64,000 nucleotides of DNA from Nitrospirota bacterium (GCA_963701855.1 CAVPBK010000011.1:192001-256000), one strand, 5' to 3'. Shown: positions 21,135-31,466, numbered from the stretch's first letter. Program-made: numbers and translations. Notes: a model not told the origin generated them from the sequence alone.

Positions 21135-22179
21135 TCTCCCGGCAGCCTTGGAAAAACCTCCGCAATCCCTCGTCCATAGACACCTTGGGTGCCCAGCCTA
21201 ACCGGTCCTTGAGTTTGTCGTTACAGTAACCTGTGCGTTTCATTTCGACGTGCCACCTCCGGCGGTTGAAGACAGGCGGCAATTGCCCATGCGACCACGT
21301 GGAATATTGTTCCCACAATCGACAGAATAGATAACTGACGGCATGCGGAACATAGATAGATCTAAAGTTTCTCACGTTCCGTTTGTAGAGGCGCAGAAAC
21401 TTCCGACTGGTCGGAAGGTCGTCGTCTACGATATTGAATGCCTCGCCATCCACTCCTGGCTTGAGACCGGCTAAGGCAATGGCGTCGGCGCAATTGTCGA
21501 CATACGTAAACGGTATGCGATTGCCCCCACCCAAATGCAGAAATACCCCGAATGTATCGATCCCTATCCGTCCGGTAATCTGTTTCTTCCCTGGCCCAAA
21601 CACGGACCCAGGCCTGAGGGTGACGTATGGGACGCCATATTTCTTGCCATATTCCGCCACAAGTTCCTCTTGCTTTACTTTTGCGTAGCAGTAGGCATCC
21701 GGTATCAGCTCGGGATACCGCTCGACCGGGCAGGACTCATCGAGAAGGTTTCGCGTTGGCTTTCGCACGTTGGTATACACCGTAAAAGAACTGATATTGA
21801 CAAATCGCCGGAGGCACCCTTGTTCGACAGTCGCCTCCAAGAGGTTTCGCGTCGTCACCGCTGAGTTCATAAACGCATCAGGAAAGGATTTTTGACCTGT
21901 CCCTGCAGCCAAGTGGAAAATGACTGCGACGCCCTTGGTCGCAGTGGCGCAGTTGCTTTTCGACAGTAGATTACCCTTGATGATCTCAACGCTGTGGCCA
22001 GGATACCGGGTCGCGATTGTCTCAAGTTTATCCACCGAACTGGATGGTCTGACGAAGCATTTCACATTACGAAATCCTCGCTCGATCAGATTTTCCACGA
22101 GTCTCAATCCCATGAAACCGGCGGCGCCCGTGACAAGGATCGGATCCTCGAAGCCGATTATTTCTGATCGATCTTCCAT
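21127..22179 (-). CDS. NAD-dependent epimerase/dehydratase
   Basis: VTGAAGFMG, HLAA, YCYAK (YxxxK), LRPGSVFGP. Confidence 0.9.
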   Translation of the reverse strand: MEDRSEIIGFEDPILVTGAAGFMGLRLVENLIERGFRNVKCFVRPSSSVDKLETIATRYPGHSVEIIKGNLLSKSNCATATKGVAVIFHLAAGTGQKSFPDAFMNSAVTTRNLLEATVEQGCLRRFVNISSFTVYTNVRKPTRNLLDESCPVERYPELIPDAYCYAKVKQEELVAEYGKKYGVPYVTLRPGSVFGPGKKQITGRIGIDTFGVFLHLGGGNRIPFTYVDNCADAIALAGLKPGVDGEAFNIVDDDLPTSRKFLRLYKRNVRNFRSIYVPHAVSYLFCRLWEQYSTWSHGQLPPVFNRRRWHVEMKRTGYCNDKLKDRLGWAPKVSMDEGLRRFFQGCRENG

Positions 22180-22213
22180 TTACTCTCACCCGATATGTTC
22201 TTCGCCCATGATC

Positions 22214-23881
22214 TCAGTTGTGGGTTACGAGACTACTGCTATCAAACCGGATTCTCATGTCACCGCTTAGCGCCGAATCGACATAGCGTTGGGAGGAATT
22301 TTCCCTGGCCTTCCCTAGGTTGTAGACCCGTAGCCTAAGCCCAGGGACATTCTTGCAGGAGGCCATGTCCATGTTCGTCTGAGCGACCTCTACTCCATGG
22401 CCGACTCGCGTAAACACAACGGAACGACGGTATTGAAACCAGGACACCACCGTGCCTGCGCTACTACACCAGGCACCTTTCTGTTTCAGTCCACAAATCA
22501 AGTCGGCGTAGAACTCTCCCCACAATCGTTCAGGCGCAATGCTTCGATCGTGCCAGTTGAATGTGACGGCACCGCCGAATTGACGCGCACAGTCGACAAT
22601 TTCGCCAATCCGTCTATCTGCTTCCTCAAACGTAAGATTGAGATAGTCCGGATAGAACAATGCTGTATCCATCACATGCAAGGGGAGCTCGAGCAAGCTG
22701 GTTGTCTGCAATGGTTTATAGACTTGAGCAGTTCCAGCTCGATACCCGACCGTCTGGTTATACCCAACGGTTGAATCGTAGGAGAAACCTGCCTTCTCTA
22801 GAACAACTGGAGAATTGTCATCGAAATACAGCCAATGCATCCGTACTCCGATGTTCTTCGCACCCGTAATGTTCGTAATCTGCGCCATTTCTTTCTGACC
22901 TTTTGCGCTGTCTATCCATGCATCAATACCATGGAGCCCGATCTCCCGGCCGGCAGAAACAAATGTCTGGAGCCGCTCAGCAATGTCAGCCGCCCCATAG
23001 CCAGACGCTCGGATTCGTGGCGCCGGCCCCGATGCCGTTCTTCCCGGTTTGTCCTTAAATGGCAGCACGAAGAAGGTGGAATCCAAGTCTTTTTCTATCG
23101 CCAAGTACCCATCGAAGTCATACCAAAAATCTTTTGCAAGACCTAGATGAACAAAAGGCAACTTTACAGCTGCCCACCAGTTTGTCATGAGATGACGAAA
23201 TGGAATCCTCCCTTGAAGCACCCGGATGAATGAACCAATCACTGCCCGGTACAAGAATCCAAACGTGGTGTGGTCCCATTTGTGCCGTCGGATTGAGGGG
23301 TGATCGACATCATGGGTTAGGCAAGCAATGAATGTATGCCCCTCTGGAATCGGTGGGATTTCTACCAATGGGATACCAGATTCGACGAGAAGATCGCGCA
23401 AGACAGCAATATGCATCTCCAATGTCGGGGTGCCGGCATTTTCGGGTGGTTGGCCATCCGTGAGCAACATTCGAATTTCTTGGAACAGATCATAGCCAAT
23501 GCGCGCCACAACCTTGCTGCCGGATTTGATCAGAGATCCTGCTGACTGTTGGGACTCTTCGTCTTTCAGGAGGCTAACGCCCTTACTCAGAAACGTGATG
23601 TGGTTGCCGTAAATCGGGAGCCGGCTACCTTTGTAGGACAGTGTTCCATTTTTTCGATGAGAGATGATCTCGATCTTTTCCTCCTCATCAAAGAGGGTTT
23701 CTTGGCCGGCATAGACTACGACGAGATTCGCCGTGGCACCTTGCGCGCCGGGATCTTCCCGAGCACACAGCACAACTTCGTACTGCCCTTCAGACCGATA
23801 GAACTCCCATGGAGTCTTGAACAGCTCGAAGAACTCGCGAACAAGAATATATTCTCCTGGATTTGCCACGACGCCTATCAT
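22214..23881 (-). CDS. Polysaccharide deacetylase-family protein
   Basis: CLTHDVD, STFF, EIGLHG, GVRMHWL, FSYDST, FNWH. Confidence 0.8.
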   Translation of the reverse strand: MIGVVANPGEYILVREFFELFKTPWEFYRSEGQYEVVLCAREDPGAQGATANLVVVYAGQETLFDEEEKIEIISHRKNGTLSYKGSRLPIYGNHITFLSKGVSLLKDEESQQSAGSLIKSGSKVVARIGYDLFQEIRMLLTDGQPPENAGTPTLEMHIAVLRDLLVESGIPLVEIPPIPEGHTFIACLTHDVDHPSIRRHKWDHTTFGFLYRAVIGSFIRVLQGRIPFRHLMTNWWAAVKLPFVHLGLAKDFWYDFDGYLAIEKDLDSTFFVLPFKDKPGRTASGPAPRIRASGYGAADIAERLQTFVSAGREIGLHGIDAWIDSAKGQKEMAQITNITGAKNIGVRMHWLYFDDNSPVVLEKAGFSYDSTVGYNQTVGYRAGTAQVYKPLQTTSLLELPLHVMDTALFYPDYLNLTFEEADRRIGEIVDCARQFGGAVTFNWHDRSIAPERLWGEFYADLICGLKQKGAWCSSAGTVVSWFQYRRSVVFTRVGHGVEVAQTNMDMASCKNVPGLRLRVYNLGKARENSSQRYVDSALSGDMRIRFDSSSLVTHN

Positions 23882-23909
23882 GATGGATGGGGGTATCCTC
23901 GCAGATGAG

Positions 23910-24144
23910 TTAGCAGGTTGTTGACAAAGTCCGCCAGCACAAAGAAGGTTGAGGTTCAGGCTAAGGTTGAGAAAAAGAGAGTCTGATCTTCGCTAAACCT
24001 TGACCTTAATCTCAGCCTATATCAGAAGCTGCGGCCTTGCTGGACGGCCTTTCTGAACAGCCTGCGATGGCTTCTGAACAGGTCTGTGAGTATCCGCGCC
24101 TTCCGTTTCTTCCATGCTCAATTAGTTTGTCTACACCCTGTTAG
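23910..24144 (-). mobile_element. MITE-like element, family 1 (hexamer-hairpin core), copy A
   Basis: TTAG duplicated at both ends; TIRs CAGGTTGTTGACAAA and TTTGTCTACACCCTG; internal TIR TTTCTGAACAGCCTG; 23911-24065 differs from 27625-27779 at one base. Confidence 0.85.
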
Positions 24145-25346
24145 ACGACGCTGCTCTGATTGGTCGATGCCACTCGGAGCAAGAGATGAGCTAGGGCTCT
24201 AAACATCGTACCCTGCCCCCAATGAAGCATGGGCGTTTTCGCTTTCATGATTGGGTATTGCCGATAGTAAAAATAGCCCTTCCTGTCTTGCATATTACGG
24301 ATCGTCCAAGCCGCAACTCGTTTGGCCAATGCCAATGACGCTGGGTCGTCTTCTGAAACGAAGGCCAGTGTATCGATTGCTTGTCCCGCACATTGGATAT
24401 CGACCGGGTACGTTCGCGTATGGTAATACTTCGGCCTTCCGCTCTGCTCAAAGAAATTGGCCTTGTAAAAGGCGAGCCCTTTCTCGAAGTTCTGGCGATA
24501 CGAATCGTCGCCTGTCGCGTCGGCATAATGTTTTAGACCATCCAGATTATATCCAGTGTGGAAATTGTCGATCCAATGGTTCGCCGCATTCTCGGCGTAC
24601 CACCACGATCCATCCGGTCGCTGGCGCGAGCAAGTGTATTCCATCGCTCCGCGTGCAACACGCCTGCATTCCTGGCTGCCGGTATGTTTTGCCGTTCTCG
24701 CTAATATGCCGGCTCCTAGCATATTGGCATTGTGAATTGAGCTCTGAACATGAGCCAAATAGCTTATGCAGTCCCCCTTCTCGGTTTTTTCACGGGGTAA
24801 ATCGAGGATCCAGTTACATACGCTATCTGCAATACGCAAAAACCATTCGTTCCCCGTCACTTCGAACGCGTCGATGTATGCGTGGCCGATCAATGCTGTC
24901 CACACAATGATCGGATCGTCTTTTGTATATCGGCCTCCGCGCGAAACAAAATCAAAATGATTACTCCAACTATGATATTGGAACCGGGCTACCTTGTGCT
25001 TATCAAGCCATTCCAAGCAATCAATTGCTTTATCAAGATACTCCTGCTGTTTTGTGACTCGATAGCGCATCACATATCCTGAGGCCATATATCCCCGCCC
25101 TTTTGTGGAGTCTTTTGGCTTCACTCCAAATGCTGGGCGTAAATTCAGCGGGCACTGGCGGATCAATTGTTGAAGCAGCCGCTCTGCAAGGAGACCACCA
25201 CATGCAAGCGGACGAAACCAGGACGACAGTCCGTCGAACGGTTCATATCCACGGTACCCCTGCTGCTCGACCCATCCTTGCGCTCGAGCAAGGCTTTGCT
25301 GGATCTCCTGAGGAGTGATTGCATCCGAACCACTATCGTGGTTCAT
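24141..25346 (-). CDS. Conserved EPS-locus protein, probable (alpha/alpha)6 barrel
   Basis: 401-aa ORF in operon; repeated helical units with W/Y-rich loops (QRPDGSWWY, IDNFHTGY, MQDRKGYFYY). Confidence 0.7.
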   Translation of the reverse strand: MNHDSGSDAITPQEIQQSLARAQGWVEQQGYRGYEPFDGLSSWFRPLACGGLLAERLLQQLIRQCPLNLRPAFGVKPKDSTKGRGYMASGYVMRYRVTKQQEYLDKAIDCLEWLDKHKVARFQYHSWSNHFDFVSRGGRYTKDDPIIVWTALIGHAYIDAFEVTGNEWFLRIADSVCNWILDLPREKTEKGDCISYLAHVQSSIHNANMLGAGILARTAKHTGSQECRRVARGAMEYTCSRQRPDGSWWYAENAANHWIDNFHTGYNLDGLKHYADATGDDSYRQNFEKGLAFYKANFFEQSGRPKYYHTRTYPVDIQCAGQAIDTLAFVSEDDPASLALAKRVAAWTIRNMQDRKGYFYYRQYPIMKAKTPMLHWGQGTMFRALAHLLLRVASTNQSSVV

Positions 25347-27604
25347 GTGGTCCGATCTCCATTGTTTAGAAGGTCTGCGGCGCTCCTCACCAACTTCTCC
25401 CTCTCTTTACTCCACGCATGTTCCAGATATACCGCTTGTCCTCGATGTGTTATCTCAAGGGCCTCTTTCGGGTGCAATGCAACCCATGTGAGTTTCAGCG
25501 CAAGGTCATCCGCGGTTCCAAGTTCAAAGAATACCAGCGCATCATCGTTAAAGTAGTCTTCAATGCCTGGAGCGCGAGGTGCTACAACAGGTTTCCCCAA
25601 TGCCAGGTACTCGAAAATCCGAGTCGGCGTGTTGATTTCCGTGAAGATACTCCGCTTATTCGGGATGACGCCTACATCGCATTCCTCAATCGCCTGAACG
25701 AGCTCTTCCAGCCGTCTTGGCCCGAGATAATAGACTGCTTTCTCCAGGCCCTTCTCAGACACGGTCAGCATGACCTGATCCAAGAATGGTGTCCGAGGAC
25801 CATAAATCCTCAATTCTGCTGCAGGGACGGATTGGCGCACCTTTATTAGTGCCTCCACCGCTAAATCTACACCGTTCCGCTCTACTAACGTGCCGTGATA
25901 CATGATGACGAAGGGAGCATTCACCTCATCTGACTGCCTGTTCCTCAGTTGCGCTGGAGCATACTTGAATATTCGCTCGTCCGGTGAATTCATAATGACC
26001 GTGACTTTTGACGGTGAACAACTGCGTGACACAAACAGCTTTTCGCAAGCGCGGTTCACAGTCAACACCACATCGGCACAGGTGATGCTCCACTTCTCGA
26101 GACGGGCCATCAGCCTCACTGCCGGGCTCTCCCTCCGCAGATTGTAGATCGTCATCATGAGCTCCGGCATTGGATCGTGCAGATCCAATATCACCTTGGC
26201 ACCAAACAACTTGGGAACCAAGGCAGCGAGAACGAGAACATCCGGCATATTATGAATGTGCACGATATGGTACGGCCTTGTCAGGGAGCGAGCAGCAAGC
26301 TTCGCAAACGCGATCATGATAAACAGGCAATACCGAAGCATATAGTTCAGTTTAGAACCACGGTTATGCTTGAAAGCAATCCGGTCGATCTCAATTCCCT
26401 TGAATGTGTCCCGCTTTGGGCTTCCCTCATCAATAAGGCATATCACCTCGACGCTCATGCCGGCATGCACAAAGGTTTCTGCCGCCCTGCGTGGACGTGG
26501 GTCACCTGGGAAACTTGAAAACGAAACCACTGCCATGCGCTTTCCTTGCAAACAGGAAATCCCAGGACTCTGAGCCTCTGACCGATCTCCTGTCTGAAGA
26601 TCGGCTGGACTCTCGGAGAAGACATCCTGAGCCTTCGGATGAGACATTGCAGCCTTCTCTTGAGCGAGCGAACTTCTATTCACACCTGACCCAGGGACCA
26701 TATTCGTATAGAAATAGTGCGCGACGTCTTTTGGCAACGCACACCAACACTGATCAGCATAGCGATCGGCAACATATTCGAGCAGATCCCGATACAGCTG
26801 CTGACTGTACTCACCGAGACGCTTCTGGCCGTTGAAACCTATGTAGTCCGGATGGACAATTACCAATGCTAAGCCACCTTTTTGAGCTACCCAATCGAGC
26901 TTACGCTTCCATATGTCGATCGAGTCTTCTTTCAACAATATAAACAGAGTGGAATCTTGTGCCAGCGTATAGGGCATCTCGACATAACCGTGCTGTCCAT
27001 CTTGCGATACCCAGAACGGGAAAATCGTGTCTACCCCGTCAGGCTGAGGCTCAAATGGATCCGTGTCAAAGGTGGAACTGTCATAGAGAACGTTTACTTC
27101 ATCAAGCCATCTGAGATTATGCCGCATGAATCCTGAACGAAAACCTTCCGCACCCCATTGCTCTATGTACCGGTTTATCTTCTTCGCCCCACTCCTAAAG
27201 CTTCCCCAGGAACGATACAAACTTCCGTCATGATGTAGATCATGAACCCCTACTTCAAACCCGTGCGCCGTCAGAAATCCTCGCAGAGACTCCGGAACTC
27301 GATACTCCCCCTCCGGCACGAAGTTAAACGCGGAACGGAACCCGAGCTGAATTTCCAAGTCAGCCAATGCACGAGAACGATCCAATCCTTTCCTGGTTTC
27401 AACGTCGTGCGTGAGAACAAATGCGAACTGTTTACCTTCAGGCCAACCTGGCCACTTTGCCGGCACCTTGCACGCTGCCTCATTGATCGGCCAGGTATTG
27501 GTATGCCTCCGCCTCAGCCGGTTAGCCAGAATGCGCCGAAGCGCTAACCGAACCCTCAACGGAATGGCAGGCTTTGCCATATAATAGGCATCATTTAATA
27601 TCAT
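25343..27604 (-). CDS. Polysaccharide deacetylase-like domain fused to GT4 glycosyltransferase
   Basis: N-terminal LTHDVE, EVGVHD, YDSS, IVHPDY; C-terminal HIHNMPD, YHGTL, PTRIFEYLALGKPVV. Confidence 0.85.
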   Translation of the reverse strand: MILNDAYYMAKPAIPLRVRLALRRILANRLRRRHTNTWPINEAACKVPAKWPGWPEGKQFAFVLTHDVETRKGLDRSRALADLEIQLGFRSAFNFVPEGEYRVPESLRGFLTAHGFEVGVHDLHHDGSLYRSWGSFRSGAKKINRYIEQWGAEGFRSGFMRHNLRWLDEVNVLYDSSTFDTDPFEPQPDGVDTIFPFWVSQDGQHGYVEMPYTLAQDSTLFILLKEDSIDIWKRKLDWVAQKGGLALVIVHPDYIGFNGQKRLGEYSQQLYRDLLEYVADRYADQCWCALPKDVAHYFYTNMVPGSGVNRSSLAQEKAAMSHPKAQDVFSESPADLQTGDRSEAQSPGISCLQGKRMAVVSFSSFPGDPRPRRAAETFVHAGMSVEVICLIDEGSPKRDTFKGIEIDRIAFKHNRGSKLNYMLRYCLFIMIAFAKLAARSLTRPYHIVHIHNMPDVLVLAALVPKLFGAKVILDLHDPMPELMMTIYNLRRESPAVRLMARLEKWSITCADVVLTVNRACEKLFVSRSCSPSKVTVIMNSPDERIFKYAPAQLRNRQSDEVNAPFVIMYHGTLVERNGVDLAVEALIKVRQSVPAAELRIYGPRTPFLDQVMLTVSEKGLEKAVYYLGPRRLEELVQAIEECDVGVIPNKRSIFTEINTPTRIFEYLALGKPVVAPRAPGIEDYFNDDALVFFELGTADDLALKLTWVALHPKEALEITHRGQAVYLEHAWSKEREKLVRSAADLLNNGDRTT

Positions 27605-27623
27605 GAGAAATCCATGACTCCGG

Positions 27624-27859
27624 CTAGCAGGCTGTTGACAAAGTCCGCCAGCACAAAGAAGGTTGAGGTTCAGGCTAAGGTTGAGAAAAAGAGAGTCTGA
27701 TCTTCGCTAAACCTTGACCTTAATCTCAGCCTATATCAGAAGCTGCGGCCTTGCTGGACGGCCTTTCTGAACAGCCTGCAGGCCATTCAGTTTCCGTCAG
27801 TGGTCTCAGAGGTGGTATCGCTTCCGGTGTCGTCATCTAGTTTGTCAACAAACTGCTAG
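27624..27859 (-). mobile_element. MITE-like element, family 1 (hexamer-hairpin core), copy B
   Basis: CTAG duplicated at both ends; CAGGCTGTTGACAAA...TTTGTCAACAAACTG; internal TIR ends at 27779. Confidence 0.85.
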
Positions 27860-27905
27860 AGCTCTTCGTCCGTATTTCGACGCGCGCATCAGGCCAAATC
27901 TCAAC

Positions 27906-28643
27906 TTATCCTCCTCTCCTAGCCTCGCGATCAACTTTTTGCATATTCGAGGACTCTATTGCCTTGAGAATATCCGAAGGGACCATTTTACTAAGGATCT
28001 CTATGTTGGCCATGACACAATGTCCCCCTATGACACCCGGGAAATACTTGACGCGAGGGAAGAATGGAATCTCATCGTAGATCGAGACAATTTCATCATA
28101 ATTCAGTCCCAGTTGATCGCAATAGCGTTCGACTTCCTGCGCCCATGCGATAATCAATCCGAAGTAGGTCGTCTCGGTCAGTTTTGCGAGTTCAGTCGCT
28201 TCGGGTGAGGACAGAATTCTCGTCTTCATGCCGACCGATTCGAAGTGTCGCGCAGCGCTCTCTCCGGATGCGGTATCGACTCCACCCACAAACTTGTCGT
28301 AATGCAGAAGATCTGCTGCCATGCGAATGTGTTTTCCGCGTACAGGACTATTGACAACAGTTGCGCCAGTTCGCTCTCCGACTGCACGCGTCGTCCCGAC
28401 TGCCACCGTGCTATGAATGACCGTAAGACGTGGATTGAACCGCTGAATATATCGAGCAGTTTCGCCGATAAAGTCATTGATTCTAAACGGGTAACAGACA
28501 TGCATGACCTCTATATCGCCTGCTGATTCGGCTGGAGGCGCAATGTCGACTCCGACCGTATTGTGGTGCCGCGAAATGACCTCAAGGAGAGGTTTCCCTA
28601 TTTCCCCTAACCCAATAACCATGACCTTCCCGGTTTTGCTCAT
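27906..28643 (-). CDS. Short UDP-glucose/GDP-mannose dehydrogenase-family protein
   Basis: GLGEIG, HSTVAVGTT, ELAKLTETT, PGVIGGHC; 245 aa, no C-terminal UDP-binding domain. Confidence 0.8.
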   Translation of the reverse strand: MSKTGKVMVIGLGEIGKPLLEVISRHHNTVGVDIAPPAESAGDIEVMHVCYPFRINDFIGETARYIQRFNPRLTVIHSTVAVGTTRAVGERTGATVVNSPVRGKHIRMAADLLHYDKFVGGVDTASGESAARHFESVGMKTRILSSPEATELAKLTETTYFGLIIAWAQEVERYCDQLGLNYDEIVSIYDEIPFFPRVKYFPGVIGGHCVMANIEILSKMVPSDILKAIESSNMQKVDREARRGG

Positions 28644-28673
28644 GTCATCACTCCTCTCATCATCAATTGCCGA

Positions 28674-29153
28674 TCACTGCGCCCGATCAACGAATACGAG
28701 CCACCAGTGGCACGGGGCTCGCAAGTCTCCGAACCGCCCTATGAGTAAGAACCATAGGGCGGTTCGGGTCGGAACATAGACTCTTTTCACGTAATGCCCC
28801 TGCTCGACGACGATATTGCCGTGGTCCTCATCCTCTGCACCCCCGGCGGACAACCCCATTGTGAAGGGCAAGTCCGAGGGCGCGACTCCATAGATCTTTA
28901 GTGTCGTGGCATATGGCTGGTCATGCTTATATCGTTCTGGAATCAAGAAGATCCCATACACATTATGCTGCCCCTGCCAAGGGCGAACAACTACCTGTAA
29001 CGCTCGGAACTTATGCTCTCCGGAACTTTCCGGAACCTCTAATCCACATACAGTCGTCGGCGACACATTCACCAGCCAGGCCATCACGATAGCCGCGGCT
29101 AGTGCCAGCAGGATCGAGACGCCCCACATACGCCTGCGAAATCCCCCGACCAC
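28674..29153 (-). CDS. Hypothetical membrane-anchored protein
   Basis: 159-aa ORF co-oriented in the operon, with an N-terminal hydrophobic helix. Confidence 0.55.
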   Translation of the reverse strand: MVGGFRRRMWGVSILLALAAAIVMAWLVNVSPTTVCGLEVPESSGEHKFRALQVVVRPWQGQHNVYGIFLIPERYKHDQPYATTLKIYGVAPSDLPFTMGLSAGGAEDEDHGNIVVEQGHYVKRVYVPTRTALWFLLIGRFGDLRAPCHWWLVFVDRAQ

Positions 29154-29232
29154 TAGAAATAATGCCTATGTTTTGCGTTTGAATAGCCTGTACTAATCAC
29201 GGCGGGTTGATGCGGAGGCATGGCGACTGATA

Positions 29233-30174
29233 TTACCCTCGCCAGGAGCTGGATCGCTGTGATTCGACCGGGGTGCCGAACTCCTGACTACGTCTCCCTA
29301 CAACTTTCCGGAATGCTTCTCGAAGTCTCTGCATCTGCTCTCTTTGATGGAATGCGACAAGTTGGGGGTCGATCGGTCTTTTTGTTCGGGAAACAAAAGC
29401 CCAGGCAAAGCCTGTCAGTAAGAGAGCGCCCCCAAGGAGATAGGGCTTGTTTCTCGCCTGTAGACATGATCTGAACAGTTCCCATAGAGGATGGCCCCCG
29501 AGATAGTAGTCTTGTCTGCCCAGGTTATACCAGGCCTTGAGTTTTCCGGATGATGCCGTGCCCATTGGACGGTGATGGTAACAAACTTTTTCCGAAAATG
29601 TTCTCGTTTTCCATCCTTTCATCCTGGCTGTGGTCACAGCAACCCAATCGATACCTCCGCCTTTTATCGGTCTGTACCCACCAACTTCTTCGAAGCATTG
29701 CCGACGAAAGAGCTGGCATGCCCCAGAGACATGTTCCACACTCGTGAACCGATAGTCGTAGGACTCCTTGCCCTCGACAAACGGGGTGCCGACAACGCCC
29801 AGGCCAGGATCTTCTGCGAGCGTCCCAAGAAGAAACTCAAAATAGTCTTTCTCGAACGTAATATCAGCGTCTAAATTCCCGATTACTTCATAAGAACACT
29901 CACCCACCCTCTGGTACCCGCCATTAAAACAATGTACCTTGGCTGCAAAGTTTCGGTCCCTCCGTTCAGGCATCCGCACCAACTCAATCCATGGATTTTC
30001 CAGAAGAAACCGTTTCACAAGCTCATCGGTACCATCCGTGGAGCCATCGCTGACAATAATCCATCTTACAGGACGAATCGTTTGAGCAATCACCGAACGA
30101 ATGGTCTGCTCGATGAACTGGGCTTCGTTTCTCGCAGGGGTAATCAATATGTAGCTGGGTAATTTCTTTTGCAT
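29233..30174 (-). CDS. Glycosyltransferase family 2
   Basis: ITPARNE, VSDGSTD, NLDAD, SGACQLFRR. Confidence 0.9.
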   Translation of the reverse strand: MQKKLPSYILITPARNEAQFIEQTIRSVIAQTIRPVRWIIVSDGSTDGTDELVKRFLLENPWIELVRMPERRDRNFAAKVHCFNGGYQRVGECSYEVIGNLDADITFEKDYFEFLLGTLAEDPGLGVVGTPFVEGKESYDYRFTSVEHVSGACQLFRRQCFEEVGGYRPIKGGGIDWVAVTTARMKGWKTRTFSEKVCYHHRPMGTASSGKLKAWYNLGRQDYYLGGHPLWELFRSCLQARNKPYLLGGALLLTGFAWAFVSRTKRPIDPQLVAFHQREQMQRLREAFRKVVGRRSQEFGTPVESQRSSSWRG

Positions 30175-30240
30175 ATTAGCTCAAGCAAAGCAGAACGCTT
30201 CATAACGTGGGGCACGCAAGATGGCATACCATTGTCTTTC

Positions 30241-31452
30241 CTACCTCGACCCGCTGCCGGGAACAGCGGGGAGAGATTTCAGCACCTCCGCCACGACGCG
30301 ATCCTGTTGCCGGGAGGTGAGCTCCGGGAACATGGGAAGCGACAACACCTGAGATACAGCTTTCTCCGCAACCGGGAAATCGCCGACACGAAAACCAAGT
30401 CCCTCGTAGGCTTTCGCCAGGTGAAGCGCAACCGGATAGTGAATCCCTGTGCTGACGCCGGCTTCGTCCAACCGTTTCTGAAGCTGAGCACGATCGGCAA
30501 CCCGCAATACGTAGAGATGGTACACCGATCGAGACCACTCCGGCTGATAGGGAAGCGTGATGCCTCCCTCCGCACCGGCAAAGAGTGTGTTGTAGCGAAG
30601 CGCAATGTCTCGGCGTTGTCCATTCCATTTCTTCAAATGGCGGAGCTTGGCACGTAGAAAGCCGGCTTGTATGGCGTCCAGTCTTCCATTGTAGCCCTCA
30701 ATGTCATGATAGTATTTCTTCGATTGGCCATGGTCGCGCAACATCCGGCAGGTCTGAGCCAAGTGTTCGTCGTCGGTCGTAATTGCACCGGCCTCTCCGA
30801 AGGCGCCCAAGTTTTTGCCAGGATAGAAGCTGAACGCCGCTGCGTGTCCCATGGACCCGGCCTTGCGCCAACGGTTTTCCTTCTTAGAGAAATACTCGGC
30901 GCCGTGCGCCTGGCAGGCATCTTCAATCACTTTGAGATTGTATTGGACTGCCAGATCAAGAATGGGGTCCATATCGGCCATTTGCCCATAGAGATGGACC
31001 GGAACGACTGCCGTCACCGGATTGCCCGTTCGGTTGTGGAAGGCCCGCTTCGCGCCTGCATCCCAAGAGCAGTCCTTCTCTAGGTACTGGCGGAGCTTCC
31101 CTGAATCTATGTTGTAGGTCCGCTCGTCGATGTCGACAAAATCAGGACGGGCGCCTGCCTGGGATATCGCCTCGGTCGTGGCGATAAACGTATTCGGCAC
31201 CGTGACCACGATATCGCCGGACCGTATACCCGCAGCGATGAGCGCAAATCGCAAGGCATCCGTGCCGCTGCCGACACCTACACAGAATCGCGATTCGCAA
31301 AACTTAGCGAAGTCCTCTTCGAATCCCTGGACCATCGGCCCGCCGATAAATCCTGCGGTACCGAGAGCCGTCTTGAGGATGTCGACGAACTCATCCTGCA
31401 GGTCCCGATGGACTGTCACGAGATCAAGAAATGGAATTTTTGCATCACTCAT
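30241..31452 (-). CDS. DegT/DnrJ/EryC1/StrS aminotransferase
   Basis: GSGTDAL, PVHLYGQ, IEDACQAHG, FSFYPGKNLG, GYNGRLD. Confidence 0.95.
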   Translation of the reverse strand: MSDAKIPFLDLVTVHRDLQDEFVDILKTALGTAGFIGGPMVQGFEEDFAKFCESRFCVGVGSGTDALRFALIAAGIRSGDIVVTVPNTFIATTEAISQAGARPDFVDIDERTYNIDSGKLRQYLEKDCSWDAGAKRAFHNRTGNPVTAVVPVHLYGQMADMDPILDLAVQYNLKVIEDACQAHGAEYFSKKENRWRKAGSMGHAAAFSFYPGKNLGAFGEAGAITTDDEHLAQTCRMLRDHGQSKKYYHDIEGYNGRLDAIQAGFLRAKLRHLKKWNGQRRDIALRYNTLFAGAEGGITLPYQPEWSRSVYHLYVLRVADRAQLQKRLDEAGVSTGIHYPVALHLAKAYEGLGFRVGDFPVAEKAVSQVLSLPMFPELTSRQQDRVVAEVLKSLPAVPGSGSR

Positions 31453-31466
31453 GGTTGGCTCCCTGC

